A stretch of 64,000 nt of DNA from Octopus sinensis (GCF_006345805.1 NC_043001.1:58590001-58654000); one strand, 5' to 3'. Shown: positions 13,566 to 28,360, numbered from the stretch's first letter. The notes: a model not told the origin generated them from the sequence alone. Made by a program: numbers and translations.

Positions 13566-14788
13566 ATCAAATCTACAAATCTAAGATAAATCATGGCAGT
13601 AAGTGAAGCAATAATTAAAGACAATATAGGAGAAGCGATATTATCAACCAGTATCTTGTTGATTTAACTGTTATATTGATTTTGAAGGAGAAAATAAATC
13701 AATAGTAGACGATATTATAACACTATAAACTATATTTATTAAATTTCCTGTTTTTACTCTCTGTCATGTAAATATATGTCACAGTGAAACTTAGATCTTT
13801 TATCGCTAACTGTAATATTGAAATCGTAGTATTTACACTTTGGGAATATTACCATTCTCCAAAATGCCATAGTGAGGAAGTTGATCTGTTCAATTTAACA
13901 GCCAATTCAACATATCGTTGATTATGTAAACAAAACTTATTACATAACACAAAGGCAGAGAAATTAGTTTATATATAAAAAGAAAACTAAAGTTTCCAGT
14001 TATTTGCAATCCAGCCAGTTCCAATATATAAATTATTGAAGAACATTTCATTTTAATATCGGCAATATTCTTTGTAAAATATACCAAAGTTTACTTTTAA
14101 ATATATGCTGCATTGTGACGTTAATTATGTTACACCCGACGAGACAAAGATGACTATATTAAAGTCGATTTTCAGCTGTAGGTTATTCCTGACAGAGAAA
14201 AAGTGTTAAATATCTTTGAAACCTTTACAATCCAGTCTATTTAACAGTTTAAGACTGCATATTCAGTTTCTCTTTCCTATTTTTAGGGATTCGTGCCATA
14301 TTTGAGACAAATTTGTTGACTTTACGAAATGTAGTGACGCTTTTGATGTTCATTGTTGATTTGTTCAGTGAATATACCTAAATTGCTCAATTCAGTAGTG
14401 ATTTATGAATGCAGATCGTGTAACCAAGATCATGTTTGCATAGCAATTTTATCGCTGACTACGTCTGTCTTGTTTGCTCAGTATGGAATTACATTAGCTA
14501 ATCCGATATTTTAGCTAATCAGGGTATTTAACATGACTGTTATTATTTTCTTGTTAAAATTCAATGCTAATATTCAGACATTCTTTTGTATAATTAAATA
14601 GTCCATCTAGTTAACATCTTTTGAACAAAACAGAAAACTAATATTCAACTATTCTGATTATTATTTCAAATTTAGTTTATTTAAGCTATCTCTGTTGGAA
14701 GTACAAGTTATAATTATCAAAGCGTAACACGATTACCATAACAAACCACATTATACAAAATGAAAAACGGTGAAGTGGAAATATAGAC

Positions 14789-14831
<43 letters not shown>

Positions 14832-14921
14832 GTTCTTGTCCCATTTTGTATTTATATATATACATATAAATTTCTAAGTCTCTCTAAAAGAGATTACGGC
14901 AGCGGTACTGGATATTAATTA

Positions 14922-15351
<430 letters not shown>

Positions 15352-15369
15352 TGTATGTATATGTATATA

Positions 15370-15640
15370 TTAGACAAAAAGAGATAACAAAGCCAAGGCT
15401 GTGAGTAGTTTTCAAGGCACTTATAAGTAAAGAGATATAGTCTTACAGCTATTTCTAGGATATTATGAATATCCCTTCATCAGAGACGATGTGAGAGGGT
15501 TAGATAGAGGAAATTGTTTGAGTTCGAAATTAGAAAATATAGAAAAGGAAGAGATTGGTGAAATAGAGGGAAATAAGAGAATGAAAGTAGGAATAACATT
15601 AAAAATATTGTCGTTGCAGTTCTAGTATTCGAGTAAAGTG
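15370..15640 (-). mobile_element. Penelope-like pseudo-LTR fragment carrying a hammerhead
   Basis: Contains the HHR at 15440-15487, ends at a (TA)/(TATG) microsatellite, and has a pyrimidine-rich upstream segment on the minus strand. Boundaries are approximate. Confidence 0.55.
15440..15487 (-). ncRNA. Minimal type-I hammerhead ribozyme, near intact
   Basis: Minus strand reads GTCT-CTGATGA-A-GGGATATT-CAT-AATATCCT-A-GAAA-T-AGCT-GT-A-AGAC: stem I GTCT/AGAC, 8-bp stem II, palindromic loop III AGCT, GUA cleavage site. Confidence 0.8.
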
Positions 15641-16369
15641 GTGTATAGGCGTGGCATCGTACTAGGCTCGATGTAATCGACTTAATCCCTTTCACCAAAA
15701 TGCGAGGCTTTGTGCTTCCAGTTGAAGAGAATTTACTAAAGTTGAAAAGTATGACACACTGGCATTCACATTCATTATATTAGATATGTCTGATATGTTT
15801 AAAGTGTATTTTATATGTGTGTGTATTAAAGAAAGCAAAAAAATAAGACGTTCAGTATGTTGACCACAGGAATTTCTGTCAAAGAGACATGGTTAAACAA
15901 AATTATGCATACCGACTCTTTCTGTCTCTCTTATTATTACTCCCGATACCACCGTCAACACTACTACTTTTAATAAAGCACAAACTCTCCCTAAATTCCT
16001 TTGTCTCTTCATCTCTTCCTCTCTTTTTCTTTTTCTCTCTCTCTCTGTCTCTTTTCGCCACTACTCCACTGTCTCTATGCCTACTATTACTGTTACCCCA
16101 GCATGAGGAATAGTAGAAGTGTCATTAACTAGTGAGGGAGGAGGTCAAACTTGTGTCACACTGACACAGAAATTAGTTCTCACATTTATTATATTATATT
16201 TGTCATTATTATTTTGATTTTATTTCTTACCTTGAAGAGTTCATTTAAACGAACAAAAGCGCCAATAATAAAAGAATAATCAAAAATTCTAACTGCCTCC
16301 ATTTTTCTCGATATACAATAACTGTAAATTCATACACATCGCGTGCACACACATGCACAGATACAAATG

Positions 16370-16740
<371 letters not shown>

Positions 16741-18271
16741 TTTGGAAGTCTCTAAGCTTAGTTAGAGTAAAGTTAGTTAAACTATTTCAGATGCGGATTA
16801 ATATAAAGGGAATATGTACTGTATTACCTTACATTGTGTGCTTCTATATTATTTCAGGAAAGATACATTCGTCAAATAAATGGAAGAAAATAATCCAAGC
16901 GTTGGAAAAGTGGATTGTTACCTGTAGGACATATTGAGGTATCTTGGCGAAAGATATTGAAATATTGCTTTCTTTATAGCAGCTCATAATTTAGTGCAAA
17001 ACTTCTGAACGTCAATGTAGGTTTAGCCTGTATGGGATTTTGAGATTCTTTGTTTCTACTTCCTAAGAGGAGAGTAAACTGTATTAGTCCTTTAGGTGTG
17101 ATAAAATATTCTATAATGATTTAGTGTGTGATTGTAAAATATAGGAAATAGATATTAGTGAATGTGTTATTATAAGCTAGTACGCGTGTGATAGCATGTT
17201 AGAGACATCATTGACACATTCGAGAATTCCAAGCGTTATGCAAGAGTGAGTTGCAATCGTCTGAACAGGTTTGTGAGTGGGTTTTCACCTTGTCAGTGTA
17301 GCTCTTCCCTGTCCCATCGTGTTTCCAAGATGATACGAAAATATCCTACTAACACAAAAACACGGTATCAGCAGTTCCCAACCCTATTGGGCCGAATGCG
17401 TCTACGATTTGGAATGCATCAAATTCGCTGCTTGTTAGGCAGAGCACTAACTATCTTCTGGGTCTAAGAATACAATCTTTATTGCGATATTTAGATCTTA
17501 TTTAAAGAACACCGTTTCTCACTCGCCTGATCCCAGATAATTTGGAAATGGACATATCACATGCTCTTTGAGATGGGCTTGAAGTCGCCTTCTTCAGAAA
17601 TATAGTTTCCGCTGCTGGCCTTCACATTCAGTTACCTGAGACCAGTGAGCAACCTGTTTTGCTTACAAGGCGATCACATGCCACTTGCATTCACACTGCA
17701 TATCCTGATTAACTGTTAGTTAAAAGGAGGAAAGTGAGAAGGAAGACTTATCTTGAACATGTTTAAGTAGATGTGTTCATTTTTCCCGGCTACTCATTAA
17801 TGTTTCCCACAGTAAGTCGTTATACTGTCTTCTGTTGATATTCCTGCTGAAATTTCCTGTTCCACCGAGAGACTTTTCTAATGTTTTTTTAATGTATTTT
17901 ATTTTGTTCTGATGATTTTCAAGTGTGTTGTTAAAGTATTCGATTGTATGATGCTTTTGTGTTAATGTTTGCAATTTGTTAATTGTTTGTCTATAAACGT
18001 GTAGTTCATGATGCTTTATTTTGGGTATTTTTCTTCAATTTTCGGAAGATACTGGACTGTGGTTTTGTCATATATTATTGTTACTTGTTTTGAACTTTCT
18101 TGTCTCTTATTTTAACATTGTGTATATTAAATCATATTTTTCTGTAACTGGATGGAGTAACTATTTTTGAACCTACCTTAATAGAACAGGAAACTGTATA
18201 TATGTGTGTGTGTGTGTGTTCGTGTGCGTGTGTTTGTGTGAATGTATGTGTACAGAGATAGATAGGTAGGC

Positions 18272-18348
<77 letters not shown>

Positions 18349-20603
18349 TCCTGTGTGACAAGTGTCATAGTATTTCCTCCTGTCACATTTTACACTCAAA
18401 TCGTTGAAAAAAATATTTGACCAAGTTACAGTATAGTTACAAAATATTTACTCGTGAAACAAATGGCTTAACTCTACATCAATAACAACGGCCACTTATG
18501 AAATGATTTTAAGAATAAACTTTCAAAATCCAGAGTCCATGAATATTTGAAAGTCGTTCATGAATTTCACAAACGAATGTTACAAATATTTAATCTCATT
18601 TGCTATTGATTCTCCATAGAGGAAGATATATAACGAATGCAAGGAATATAAGTGACATTCATTATTATAGGACTCATGAAACGTAAGCCATTCTCAATGT
18701 TGCATCATTAATGTGCAACATTAATGATACGATATTGATATAACAGAAATTTAAGTAGCGTCACAGACACTATTTAGACAAAGTTTCTTCTAACTAATTA
18801 TATTTTACGATGTTTACCTTTACTACATCTATAATCATGAATAATAATAATAGAAACAGCAGTCAAATCTCCTACAAATAACACATCACTGCTTACAAAG
18901 GATGGGGAAGATTACATTATATAACATGGTCGAGGATGCACAGTTATCGGGGGAAAATGACGGACAATGACTAGAACAACTTGTTAATTAATCTTTATCA
19001 AAAATAGATACCAGTCGCAAAATGTCAATATGAACATGTTTAAGGTATGAGCTCCTCTAATACACATACCTAATTTTCAGTAGTGTTGTTTACTAAATGA
19101 CAAGCATCTGGACCGGTAAAAAATGTTGAGCGATCAGCCCCACATATTTCACAAAACCCAAGCTGGAGATGTAGAATTGCTTGAGGGGAAAAAAGGGTAA
19201 CTAATTCACACGAATGGACTAAGAAGAATTGTGCAAAACAAAATTTTTGACATAAACTGATTTGTGAAACTTTATCGATAGAAACTGCAGAAAACTGCGT
19301 GCACACTGACACACAAACATATTTGCATGCCGCATACAGTCATGTATGTGTGTGAGTATGTGTGCATGCATTTGCGTGTCTGCGTGATTGTGTATATATA
19401 TATACGAATGTATGTATGAAGTCATGTTTGAATGTATGCCTTGTTGTACACCAATGAAAATCGCTTAAACGGTAAAAGATATTCGCGTTGCTACACGAGC
19501 GATAACTCTAAAGAATGGATGTACCTCAATGGTGTATTCGATTGCTAGACTGAGAAAGTATCTTACTAACCATTTCAGTTTGAATATAATTAATATTACT
19601 GGAGATTGGTCAGAAATGACCGCGATTTAATGTTTTAAATCATCGAAATAATAAAAGAGTGTAAAATGGTTCCAGTTGATACTGAATCTACCTTCGGGAT
19701 TTTTTTAGCTCCGGTGAACGTTAATCAAGATTCGTGTACAGCATGCTTATATATATCCATAATACTTAAATAGTTAAAGTGCTAACAGCATACAGAAATA
19801 AAACTTTGTCTAAGTGATTGCGGTGCATACCTATACAATATATAGAAAAAAGTAGGAAACATTTTAACTTTTCACTCGAAGTAACATACCTTGGTGATTT
19901 TGCGGTGAGGGTCATTCACCTGATTCTGTAAGTAACAGTGATGAATACGTTAGATGCTGTAGATAATTTATGAACCATTCAGGGAAGATTCTTCGTAGTC
20001 GTTAGTAATAGCAGCAAGTTATCAAATTACACTTACCTTAAAAAACCGGTCTCATTCGATAACCTGTGTTATACTGAAGAAAAATTAGAATGGTCGCAAT
20101 TGGAGTGCCTTTGATGACAGACATATTCAATCCCTGCGGTGATCTGGTACTAATCAGCAAATCCTGAAACTAATTCACAAATTCGCTCTCTTTCCCACCT
20201 CCATCCATCCTTTCCTCTCCCTCTCTTCCCCTCTCTCTCTATCTATTTCTATCTTGCGCGCGTGAGTCCTCTACAAAAACTACTGTAGCTAACACGCCCT
20301 GCTATAAGAACAACGTATATTCAATGGATCCTATCTGCAAGTCCTTGTTCCTAAGCTTATATCAACATCCCATTCGGCCCACACTTCTATTTCAGACGTT
20401 ATCATATGGTTAACATAATTGTGCGAACGAGACTGTGATTGTGAACACTATATGTGTACGTATGTGGACAGAGAGAAAGAAACAGAGAGACAAATAGCGG
20501 GAGTGGTGGGCGAGAGTCTGTATGAATGTGCATGTAAGAGAGAAAGTGTAACTGTATGTTTGTGTTGGAGTGTGCGTCTTTATGTATTATGTATTTGTGT
20601 GTA

Positions 20604-20651
<48 letters not shown>

Positions 20652-21399
20652 TGACAGACAGTTACAGAGAGAGAAAGAGACAGACAGACACACAGACAGA
20701 TAGAGAGGGAGACTTTAATGCGGTTTCTATGTAGAAAATTTCATTCAGCATTATATTAGTTGTCATTTTGAGTTATGCACAATTTTTCATCATTGGGACT
20801 AGAACTTGTTTGCAGTTATTGCTTCAAGCAATTACATATGTTATAGTTTTAAGGAAAGCGCAGCGAATGAATGAATAATGAACTTTCCTTTCCTAGTATA
20901 TAGGAAAGATTGTAAATAATTTTACCTCACCAAATCAGATTTTGCTCATCAGATCTATGCTTAAATGTGTTTCAATTGTGACCAACGAGCTTTTTTTGTC
21001 GTATAATGTATACTTTCCTTGATAGATGACTCATATTCCTAAGATAACAGCCTCTGGTGAGGGAGATTATACTATGGCTAATTCTACTCGGTAAAGTGAC
21101 ATCCTACATGCCTTCTCGATTATACAAGGCAACATTTCGAAAACTGTGCGTTATGCGAGTTTTCCTAAAATATATTATGTGAGGGAAATAATGTCATAAG
21201 GGAACTGAAGTATGGAGGATACTTGGTTAATACATGCCGAAGATCACGGCGACTACGACGATGTTGTTAATGATAATTATTTAAAGATATTAAGGATCAC
21301 AATCAAGTTGTTTATGATAGAGGTGATGCTATTCATGATTATAATGAAGATGGTCATGAGAATAATTGGTGATGATAATCATGATGATTATCACAGCAT

Positions 21400-21496
21400 T
21401 GTTGTTTGTAGTGAAGCTGGTGAGATTTTTTAATGATGATGGTGATGATGATGGGGGTGGTGGTGGTAATGATGATCTGATGCTGATGATATAGTG

Positions 21497-21556
<60 letters not shown>

Positions 21557-21730
21557 TGATTATACTGATAGTGTTATTTCTGTTTTGTCGTGGTTGTTGG
21601 TGTTGGTGTTGGTGTCGGTGTTAGTAATGGTACAGTCGGTTATGATGCTGATGATGTCGATGATGATGATGATGATTATGATGATGACGACGACGATGAT
21701 CATGATGATGATTTTATTGATGATAATTCT
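21400..21730. repeat. Compound trinucleotide array (GAT/GGT/TTA/GTT/GAC)
   Basis: Direct reading. Confidence 0.85.
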
Positions 21731-22849
21731 CATCATGAGGATTTAATGATTTTTAAATTTAGAAACAAGAAATAAAAACGACAGATATTCAGCACGAAAA
21801 TACTTAATATTGAATAAATCTTAACATTAATGATGGATATTGCTTTTGGGAGTGAACCATTATAGGTAATAGGGGCTGTTGTTGATCAAGATGTCAGTAT
21901 TAGTTAATAGTATCTGACAGCAGCTAAGTTAAGCTGCCTGAATCGGAAGACTGTCGAGTAGTAGTATTCACAATATATTTATGAATAAGCGGATTCATAA
22001 TGAATACCAGAGTATTAGAGAGAGACATTTGAAAGAGAAACAGAGAGAATGGGGCGCATATATAAACATCTAATATATCAGACTCAGTTATGAAATATAA
22101 TAAAAAGAAAATGAATGCAAGTGAAATACCATTAATGTATAAAGTGATAAACACACGTTGCCGGGAATGAAGCTGTACTTGCTATAACAAACTACGTAGT
22201 ATAGTTATGCATACACGGAGAGGTGTCTGAAAATGATGGAACATGTTTGAAATTTACATTCACACCTATATTCACACGAAGACATGCATATATATATACA
22301 CTCATATATATACCTATATATCCCACATGATAGACATTTGTGCATATATATATCATGTATGTGCATATTTATAAATGTATGCGTGAGCATATATGGACAT
22401 ATATAGAGAGATAGATGAATAGATAGAGAAATTGATAGATAAACAGACTGATATACACAGGCATATGCCTAGATTCGTACATACACTATCACCCACATAG
22501 GAATAAGTCTGTGTATGTGTGTGTGTACGTGCGTGTGCGTGTGTGTGTGTCTGTTTGTGTCTGTATTTGCATGCCCGCGTGTTTGTGTGTGCAGTGATAT
22601 GAGATTAGCTGGTTCGAGTTCTGGTTCAGTTTACCAAAGCACGCACGCACATACGTGCACACACAGACACTCGCACACACGGATACATACACTCATACAG
22701 ACATACATGCATGCACGCGTGAGTTTGCGTTCGTTATATAGAGAATGATGCAAAAATAGGTACATCATTTCTATTAACTGCAATTCTTGCTGAGATTATT
22801 GGAGGAGTAACATTAACATGGTAATTCGCCCCAATCAGACGATGGTATG

Positions 22850-23080
22850 CAATCAGAAACAACATACTGTGACAGGTCACCTTATGCTATCTCGCCTTAC
22901 TCGAAACTCACATCTTCATCCAAATGTTGTGCTTCGACGAAGAAGGTGATATTTCTCCAGTCAAAGCTTTTTCCTCGAACTGCCAGACTTTGGAATTCTT
23001 TTTCCATCTCTTTGTTTTCCTTTTTTTATGACATGAACTATCTCAATTTTAAAGTAAATTCATTCCTTCTGTTTTAATTT
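22850..23080 (+). mobile_element. 3' end fragment of a CR1/jockey-like LINE
   Basis: KLFPRTARLWNSF...LFSF.YDMNYLNFKVN resembles the conserved LINE C-terminal SFFPRT.RLWN.LP...FK..VN motif. Confidence 0.6.
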
Positions 23081-23149
23081 TCCCCGTTTCATAGTTAATT
23101 CTTTAACAAAGTGTCTTCTCACATTGTTTTGGATATTAATAAAATTTTC

Positions 23150-23440
23150 TCCGATCCTCCATACAGCACAGATCTTGTAACATCGGACTTTTCCATGTTG
23201 GATTCCATGAAGGACAGTCTTTGGGGAGAAGTATTTGATGATATAGACGAAGTGAGAAGGAGCGCATAAAGGTAGTACAATAGTGAACGTTTGAATGTTG
23301 TCAAGGAAGCTTCGTGATTTGGGTTCAATGACGGCACAAGTGCATCAATTTCTAAGTATTATCTTTGGATAGAAGTGTGGCATCCTATCACAGTGTGCAA
23401 TCAAAATGGAATGTGAGAGTCAATAAAAAATATTTGTCCA
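23150..23440 (+). pseudogene. Mariner transposase C-terminal remnant
   Basis: Plus-strand translation DPPYSTDLVTSDFSMLDSMKDSLWGEVFDDIDEV corresponds to HPPYSPDLAPSDF...; stops follow. Confidence 0.75.
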
Positions 23441-23721
23441 CTTTAGCATTACTTTCAGTCTAGTCCCCATAGTGTTTAAGAATTTAGTTAAGAATATTAG
23501 CAGGTGAATTTCTGGCCTCTCCTCCAATATAAACATATTTAATAATACTGCTTCACTATATAACAATGCCCTTTAAGTAAGTGGATTTCAAGAGGAAGTA
23601 GCTTACGCACTTATTATTCGACCAGAAATAAAGAAAAGAATGCATACACACGGGAAAATTATCTGGTTCTCACCCCCTTACACTCCCACCGAAGTGACCT
23701 TTAATATAGGTGAATATTTCT

Positions 23722-24059
<338 letters not shown>

Positions 24060-24979
24060 GAGACAAACCACTATTTAGTTATACCATCAATACTTAAAAG
24101 ATATTATCAGTAATAACCACATAGAAATTAGTTAAATATATTATTATTATTATTCTAAAAATCTCATAACAAATCAAAATATTAAATTGACTTCGCGCAT
24201 TTCATAACTAAATATATAAATCGATAATATCAAAATTTAATATCAAAAAAATTAAAATTCAATAAAACAACAATTTTAAAATATTTAGCCACTGTTCAGC
24301 TCCAAAAAATAGCATAAATAAATTTAGATACTATAATAAAACAATAAATATATACATATATGTATATTAACTGTAAATAATTCAATAGAATTTAACAATA
24401 TTAATGTAAAGCAAAGAAATTACTTATCTTATTGAAGAAAACCAGTTAAAAGAAATTTAAAACTTTAAACTTACAATCTAGCGCTGTAAAAAAACTTTGA
24501 CGAAAACAATAAATATATAATAAATGAATAAATAGATATATTTCTTTAACGATAAAAAAACAATAATATACCATTTACGGGCAAAAATTCTAAATTCTGA
24601 ATAATTAAAAACTACGACATTATATGCAATAATATAAAAATATATAATTACTGAAATGCCCATATATTAATATATATTCTTCAATTACTTTTATTAATCT
24701 CTTGGTTTAAACTTATTCTAGTTATGTTCATACACTACATAACCTACAACTAATTTATACTCATTATAATACTACATAATATAACTACATAGATTAATAA
24801 ATTAATAACATAAATGAGGTTAAACATATTTTCACAAATTATCTAATTTTATTATATAAGTAATTCGACCTATGCCTACGTTTAATTTTCCTCTCATCTA
24901 GGAAAATAATCAATTGTTTTTAATTCGTAATATCTCCATAAATTCATTTGTACATATTAAATTTATATATATATATATG

Positions 24980-25104
<125 letters not shown>

Positions 25105-25409
25105 TGTATGTATGTATGTATGTATGTATGCATGTATGTATATAATCAGAGTAGCGAAATAAATATTAAACATAGTAATGTCAAAAGGAATTCAAAAAGC
25201 TAAAATAAAAGAGAATGCTAAGCATTTAAAATTCGCTGAACGGGCACCAACCAAATTTAACATAGTTAATAACATAGAATCTTATAAAATATTCAGCTTG
25301 AATTAGAACAATGATATTTATCTAAAAGTGTAAATTAAGAACTTGGTGGAAAGGAATTTTAGTTTACCATGAATGATCAAATTAAAACTAAATCTGAGAG
25401 GCATATAAA

Positions 25410-25790
25410 ATATCTCTGCAGTTGTTCTAAATGGGTATCCTGCTATGTAAAAAGAGGTATAAGACTACAAATATAATTATATAGATGTAAAGTTACAAGT
25501 GAGTACTAAATATTTTTTACGTCGGTACGAGATCATTAATTTTCAAGAGGAGGTTAGTAAATAATTTGAGTTCATTTAGAGATGAAAATAATAGATTCCA
25601 AATACGTCTTAATAAATTAATATGGCCTATTAAAGACAGAAACATAGACTATGCTATCAATTAATTTGTACTGCAAACCCATACAGAGGTGAAGCTAAAA
25701 AAAGTGTGAACTGTGTTAACAAGAATTTTACCAAATCTTAACATCGAAGAGAACTGTAATAAATTCTAAGCAGGAACAAACACGGGAAGA
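25410..25790 (+). pseudogene. Decayed GIY-YIG endonuclease of a Penelope-like element (Hydra-clade-like motif set)
   Basis: Manual frame-shifted translation gives LCSCSKWVSC...NIIYRCKVTS / FYVGTRSLIFKRRLVNNLSSFRDENNRFQIRLNKLIWPIKDRNIDYAIN* / PYRGEAKKCELC*QEFYQIL...INSKQE. It is not in the ORF track. Confidence 0.65.
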
Positions 25791-25967
25791 AATTTACATT
25801 TACCCAGTATAGATGAATAATAGATATTTGAACAACAGAGGATTTTGAAATAACGGGCTATAAGTGATTATCCAATCAAAACTTGAATTGAAGTTATTTC
25901 GCGTCTAACTTTACGAACAGCACTTTGTCGTACAACGCAGAGTCTATAAGCGAAAAACATTAAACAA

Positions 25968-26052
25968 TTAGATTCAAGAAACTGCACCCGCATTATAGTA
26001 GGATTGCATTTGTAACGGTTACTAATCAGTGCAGTTGAAACATGTGTATGAC
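25968..26052 (+). ncRNA. Decayed hammerhead remnant downstream of the GIY-YIG remnant
   Basis: 8-bp stem AACTGCAC (25980-87)/GTGCAGTT (26029-36), followed directly by GAAAC-ATGT-GTA. The 5' core reads TTCAAGA instead of CTGAAGA, and stem I is lost. Confidence 0.4.
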
Positions 26053-26109
26053 TTGTAAAGCTCTACATATATAAACGGAATTAAAGGTACGGCTATGCCA
26101 TTTCGCAAC

Positions 26110-26113
26110 AATT

Positions 26114-26167
<54 letters not shown>

Positions 26168-26177
26168 TTCATCATCA

Positions 26178-26255
<78 letters not shown>

Positions 26256-26262
26256 TTATTAA
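26110..26262. repeat. (ATC)n-(ATT)n array
   Basis: Direct reading. Confidence 0.92.
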
Positions 26263-26467
26263 TGTTGCTGTTGAAGTTCTGTTTATATGTATATATACAG
26301 TTATCAAATCCAAGCATACCGTGGTAGACATTACAAACAATTGTCTCCGTATTTAAGCTCGATGAGCTGAAAATGGTTTTATAGTTCACGGTTAGCAACT
26401 AAGTTTGTTATAGATGCAAATAAAAATCGAAATTGAGGGAAATGAACAGGTTGCAAATATTTTCGAA

Positions 26468-26630
26468 CTAGCCGAACCTCGGAAGTGATTGATTAACGAG
26501 GGTTACTCCAATAGCTACTCACCAGATCAAAGTTACATTGTCGTCAAGGGACCCCAATTTAACTTTTCGGAGATGCAATTTTTAAAAAATGATATTATTC
26601 TCCTAGCTAGCCTGGATTTTAACCGTTCCA
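26468..26630. mobile_element. Second copy of the 8471-8640 repeat, probable MITE fragment
   Basis: Shared internal blocks; ends in GCCTGGATTTTAACCGTTCCA, an inverted match to the start of the other copy. Confidence 0.55.
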
Positions 26631-26841
26631 TGTAATATGCTTTAAAGATTGTTAAAACATTAAGATATTTAATTTAACATGAAACTAATAGTAGCTTTAA
26701 GATACAAATAATGATAATTTATCCAACAATGTAGTGTTGAGCACTCATTCACATCATTCGATATTTATATATGTAAGTATATATATATGGATAACTGATA
26801 TTCCATAGTGGGTTACATTCATAACCCCTATCTTACCCCTA

Positions 26842-26878
<37 letters not shown>

Positions 26879-26909
26879 TATTTATTTATGTATGTATGTA
26901 TGTATATAT

Positions 26910-26955
<46 letters not shown>

Positions 26956-27072
26956 AAAACAGTAAATTAAGTTGGAAAAATACAGAAGGAACATTTTTTC
27001 TAAGTCATTTCCAATTTAATTTACATTTTTTAACTTTAATTTTTGATTTGTACTGACTCCTGAACACTATTC

Positions 27073-27140
<68 letters not shown>

Positions 27141-27246
27141 GTGTATATAACGGGAAGCTTTATGAAAATAAACAAAAGACGAAGGCAGGTGGAATACAAA
27201 CAAACAATTGTATAAGTATGGCACTCAGGAATATAAATAAGACAAG

Positions 27247-27284
27247 TCTGTTATGTTTCGAGCCTACGCTCTTCAACAGAAAGA
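27247..27284 (-). ncRNA. Hammerhead motif in the PLE 3' end, variant core
   Basis: Minus strand reads TCTTT-CTGTTGA-A-GAGC-GTAG-GCTC-GAAAC-AT-A-ACAGA. Core position 6 is T, and stems I and III each carry a substitution. Confidence 0.6.
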
Positions 27285-27867
27285 TACACAGAAAAGAAAC
27301 ACAGAAAGAAACAAGGAGAGAAAAAAATGCGTGCAGAGGCTAGCGAATCAACATGGTGATCTGATTTCGGCCAGAAGTCAAAGATCAAACGTGAGACGCA
27401 AGAGCGAAATTAGGGGAGATAATAGGGTTAAATGACCTCGCCCCAACATAAGAGTGTGTGTGTGTATGAGAGAGTATGTAGTGCGTATGAGAGGTCTGCA
27501 CGTGTGTATGTATATATGATGTGATGTGTAAAGTCGTATGGTGTAGTGTAGAGAGAGGAGATGAGGGGGAGAGGGGAAGAGTGGGAGGTAAGGGGGAGAG
27601 ATAGGAGAGACGAGGGGAGAGAGGGGAGGGGAGATGAGATGAGGGTGGAAGGGGAGAAGAGGAGGGGGAAGGGGGATAAGGAAGGAGAGGAAAAGGTGAG
27701 GGGAGAGGAGGAGGGAGGATAGAGGGAGAGGGGGATAGAGAGAGAAGGGGAGTGAGGGAGCAGAGAGAAAGAGGGAATGGGAAGATGGAAGAAGAAAGAG
27801 GGAAGAAGGGAAGAGGAGTAGAGGTGAAAGGATGAAGGACTGAAGAGAAGTAGGGGTCGGGGGGAGG

Positions 27868-28347
27868 TTAGATGAGGAGGGGGAGAAGGGGGTTAGATGA
27901 GGAGGGGGGAGAGTTGAGACCAAATGGCGTAAAAGAGCGAAAAGAGAAGACTAATTCCTGTTCACGGCGCAAACGGGAATCCGGATGGCCTCTGTGCAAG
28001 GACAAACCGAACACAGACAGATGTTGCAAGGAGTGACCGGTGGAGCGGAAATGGCGTGAGACCGGTGTGTCGTTGGCAAGGCGGATGTCACGGAGGTGTT
28101 CCGCGAACCGGTCAGCCAAGCGGCGTCCCGTTTGTCCGATGTACAGGGAATGGCAGAGAGAGCAAGAGACGCAATAGATGATATTGCTGGAGGTGCAGGT
28201 GAAGGAGTTGATGATGCGATAGGGTCGATGATGGGTGCCAGTGAGGAGGGTGGTGTTGGAGAGGTAAGGGCAAGTGCGGCAACGTGGGCGGGAGCAGGGG
28301 AACGAGCCAGGTTGGGAGGTAGGGTCAGGGAAGGAGCTATGGACCAA
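27868..28347 (-). CDS. PLE GIY-YIG endonuclease with upstream Zn-finger (C-terminal part of the PLE ORF)
   Basis: CSRPRCRTC; IIYCVSCSLCHSLYIGQTGRRLADRFAEH; PVSRHF; ends TPFGLN. Confidence 0.9.
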   Translation of the reverse strand: MVHSSFPDPTSQPGSFPCSRPRCRTCPYLSNTTLLTGTHHRPYRIINSFTCTSSNIIYCVSCSLCHSLYIGQTGRRLADRFAEHLRDIRLANDTPVSRHFRSTGHSLQHLSVFGLSLHRGHPDSRLRREQELVFSFRSFTPFGLNSPPSSSNPLLPLLI

Positions 28348-28360
28348 AAGGTCTCGTAGG

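Noticed and set aside
11702-13624. ORFs of poly-IY, poly-S, poly-I/M and HT repeats (also throughout the window)
   Set aside because: They are translations of (TA)n, (CA)n and triplet microsatellites with no domain content.
17330-17760. Possible RTE RT remnant on the minus strand (NYLGS motif)
   Set aside because: A single short motif amid many stops; insufficient to call.
24057-24960. Possible mitochondrial insertion (NUMT)
   Set aside because: AT-richness fits, but I could not recognise any rRNA, tRNA or protein motif under the invertebrate mitochondrial code.
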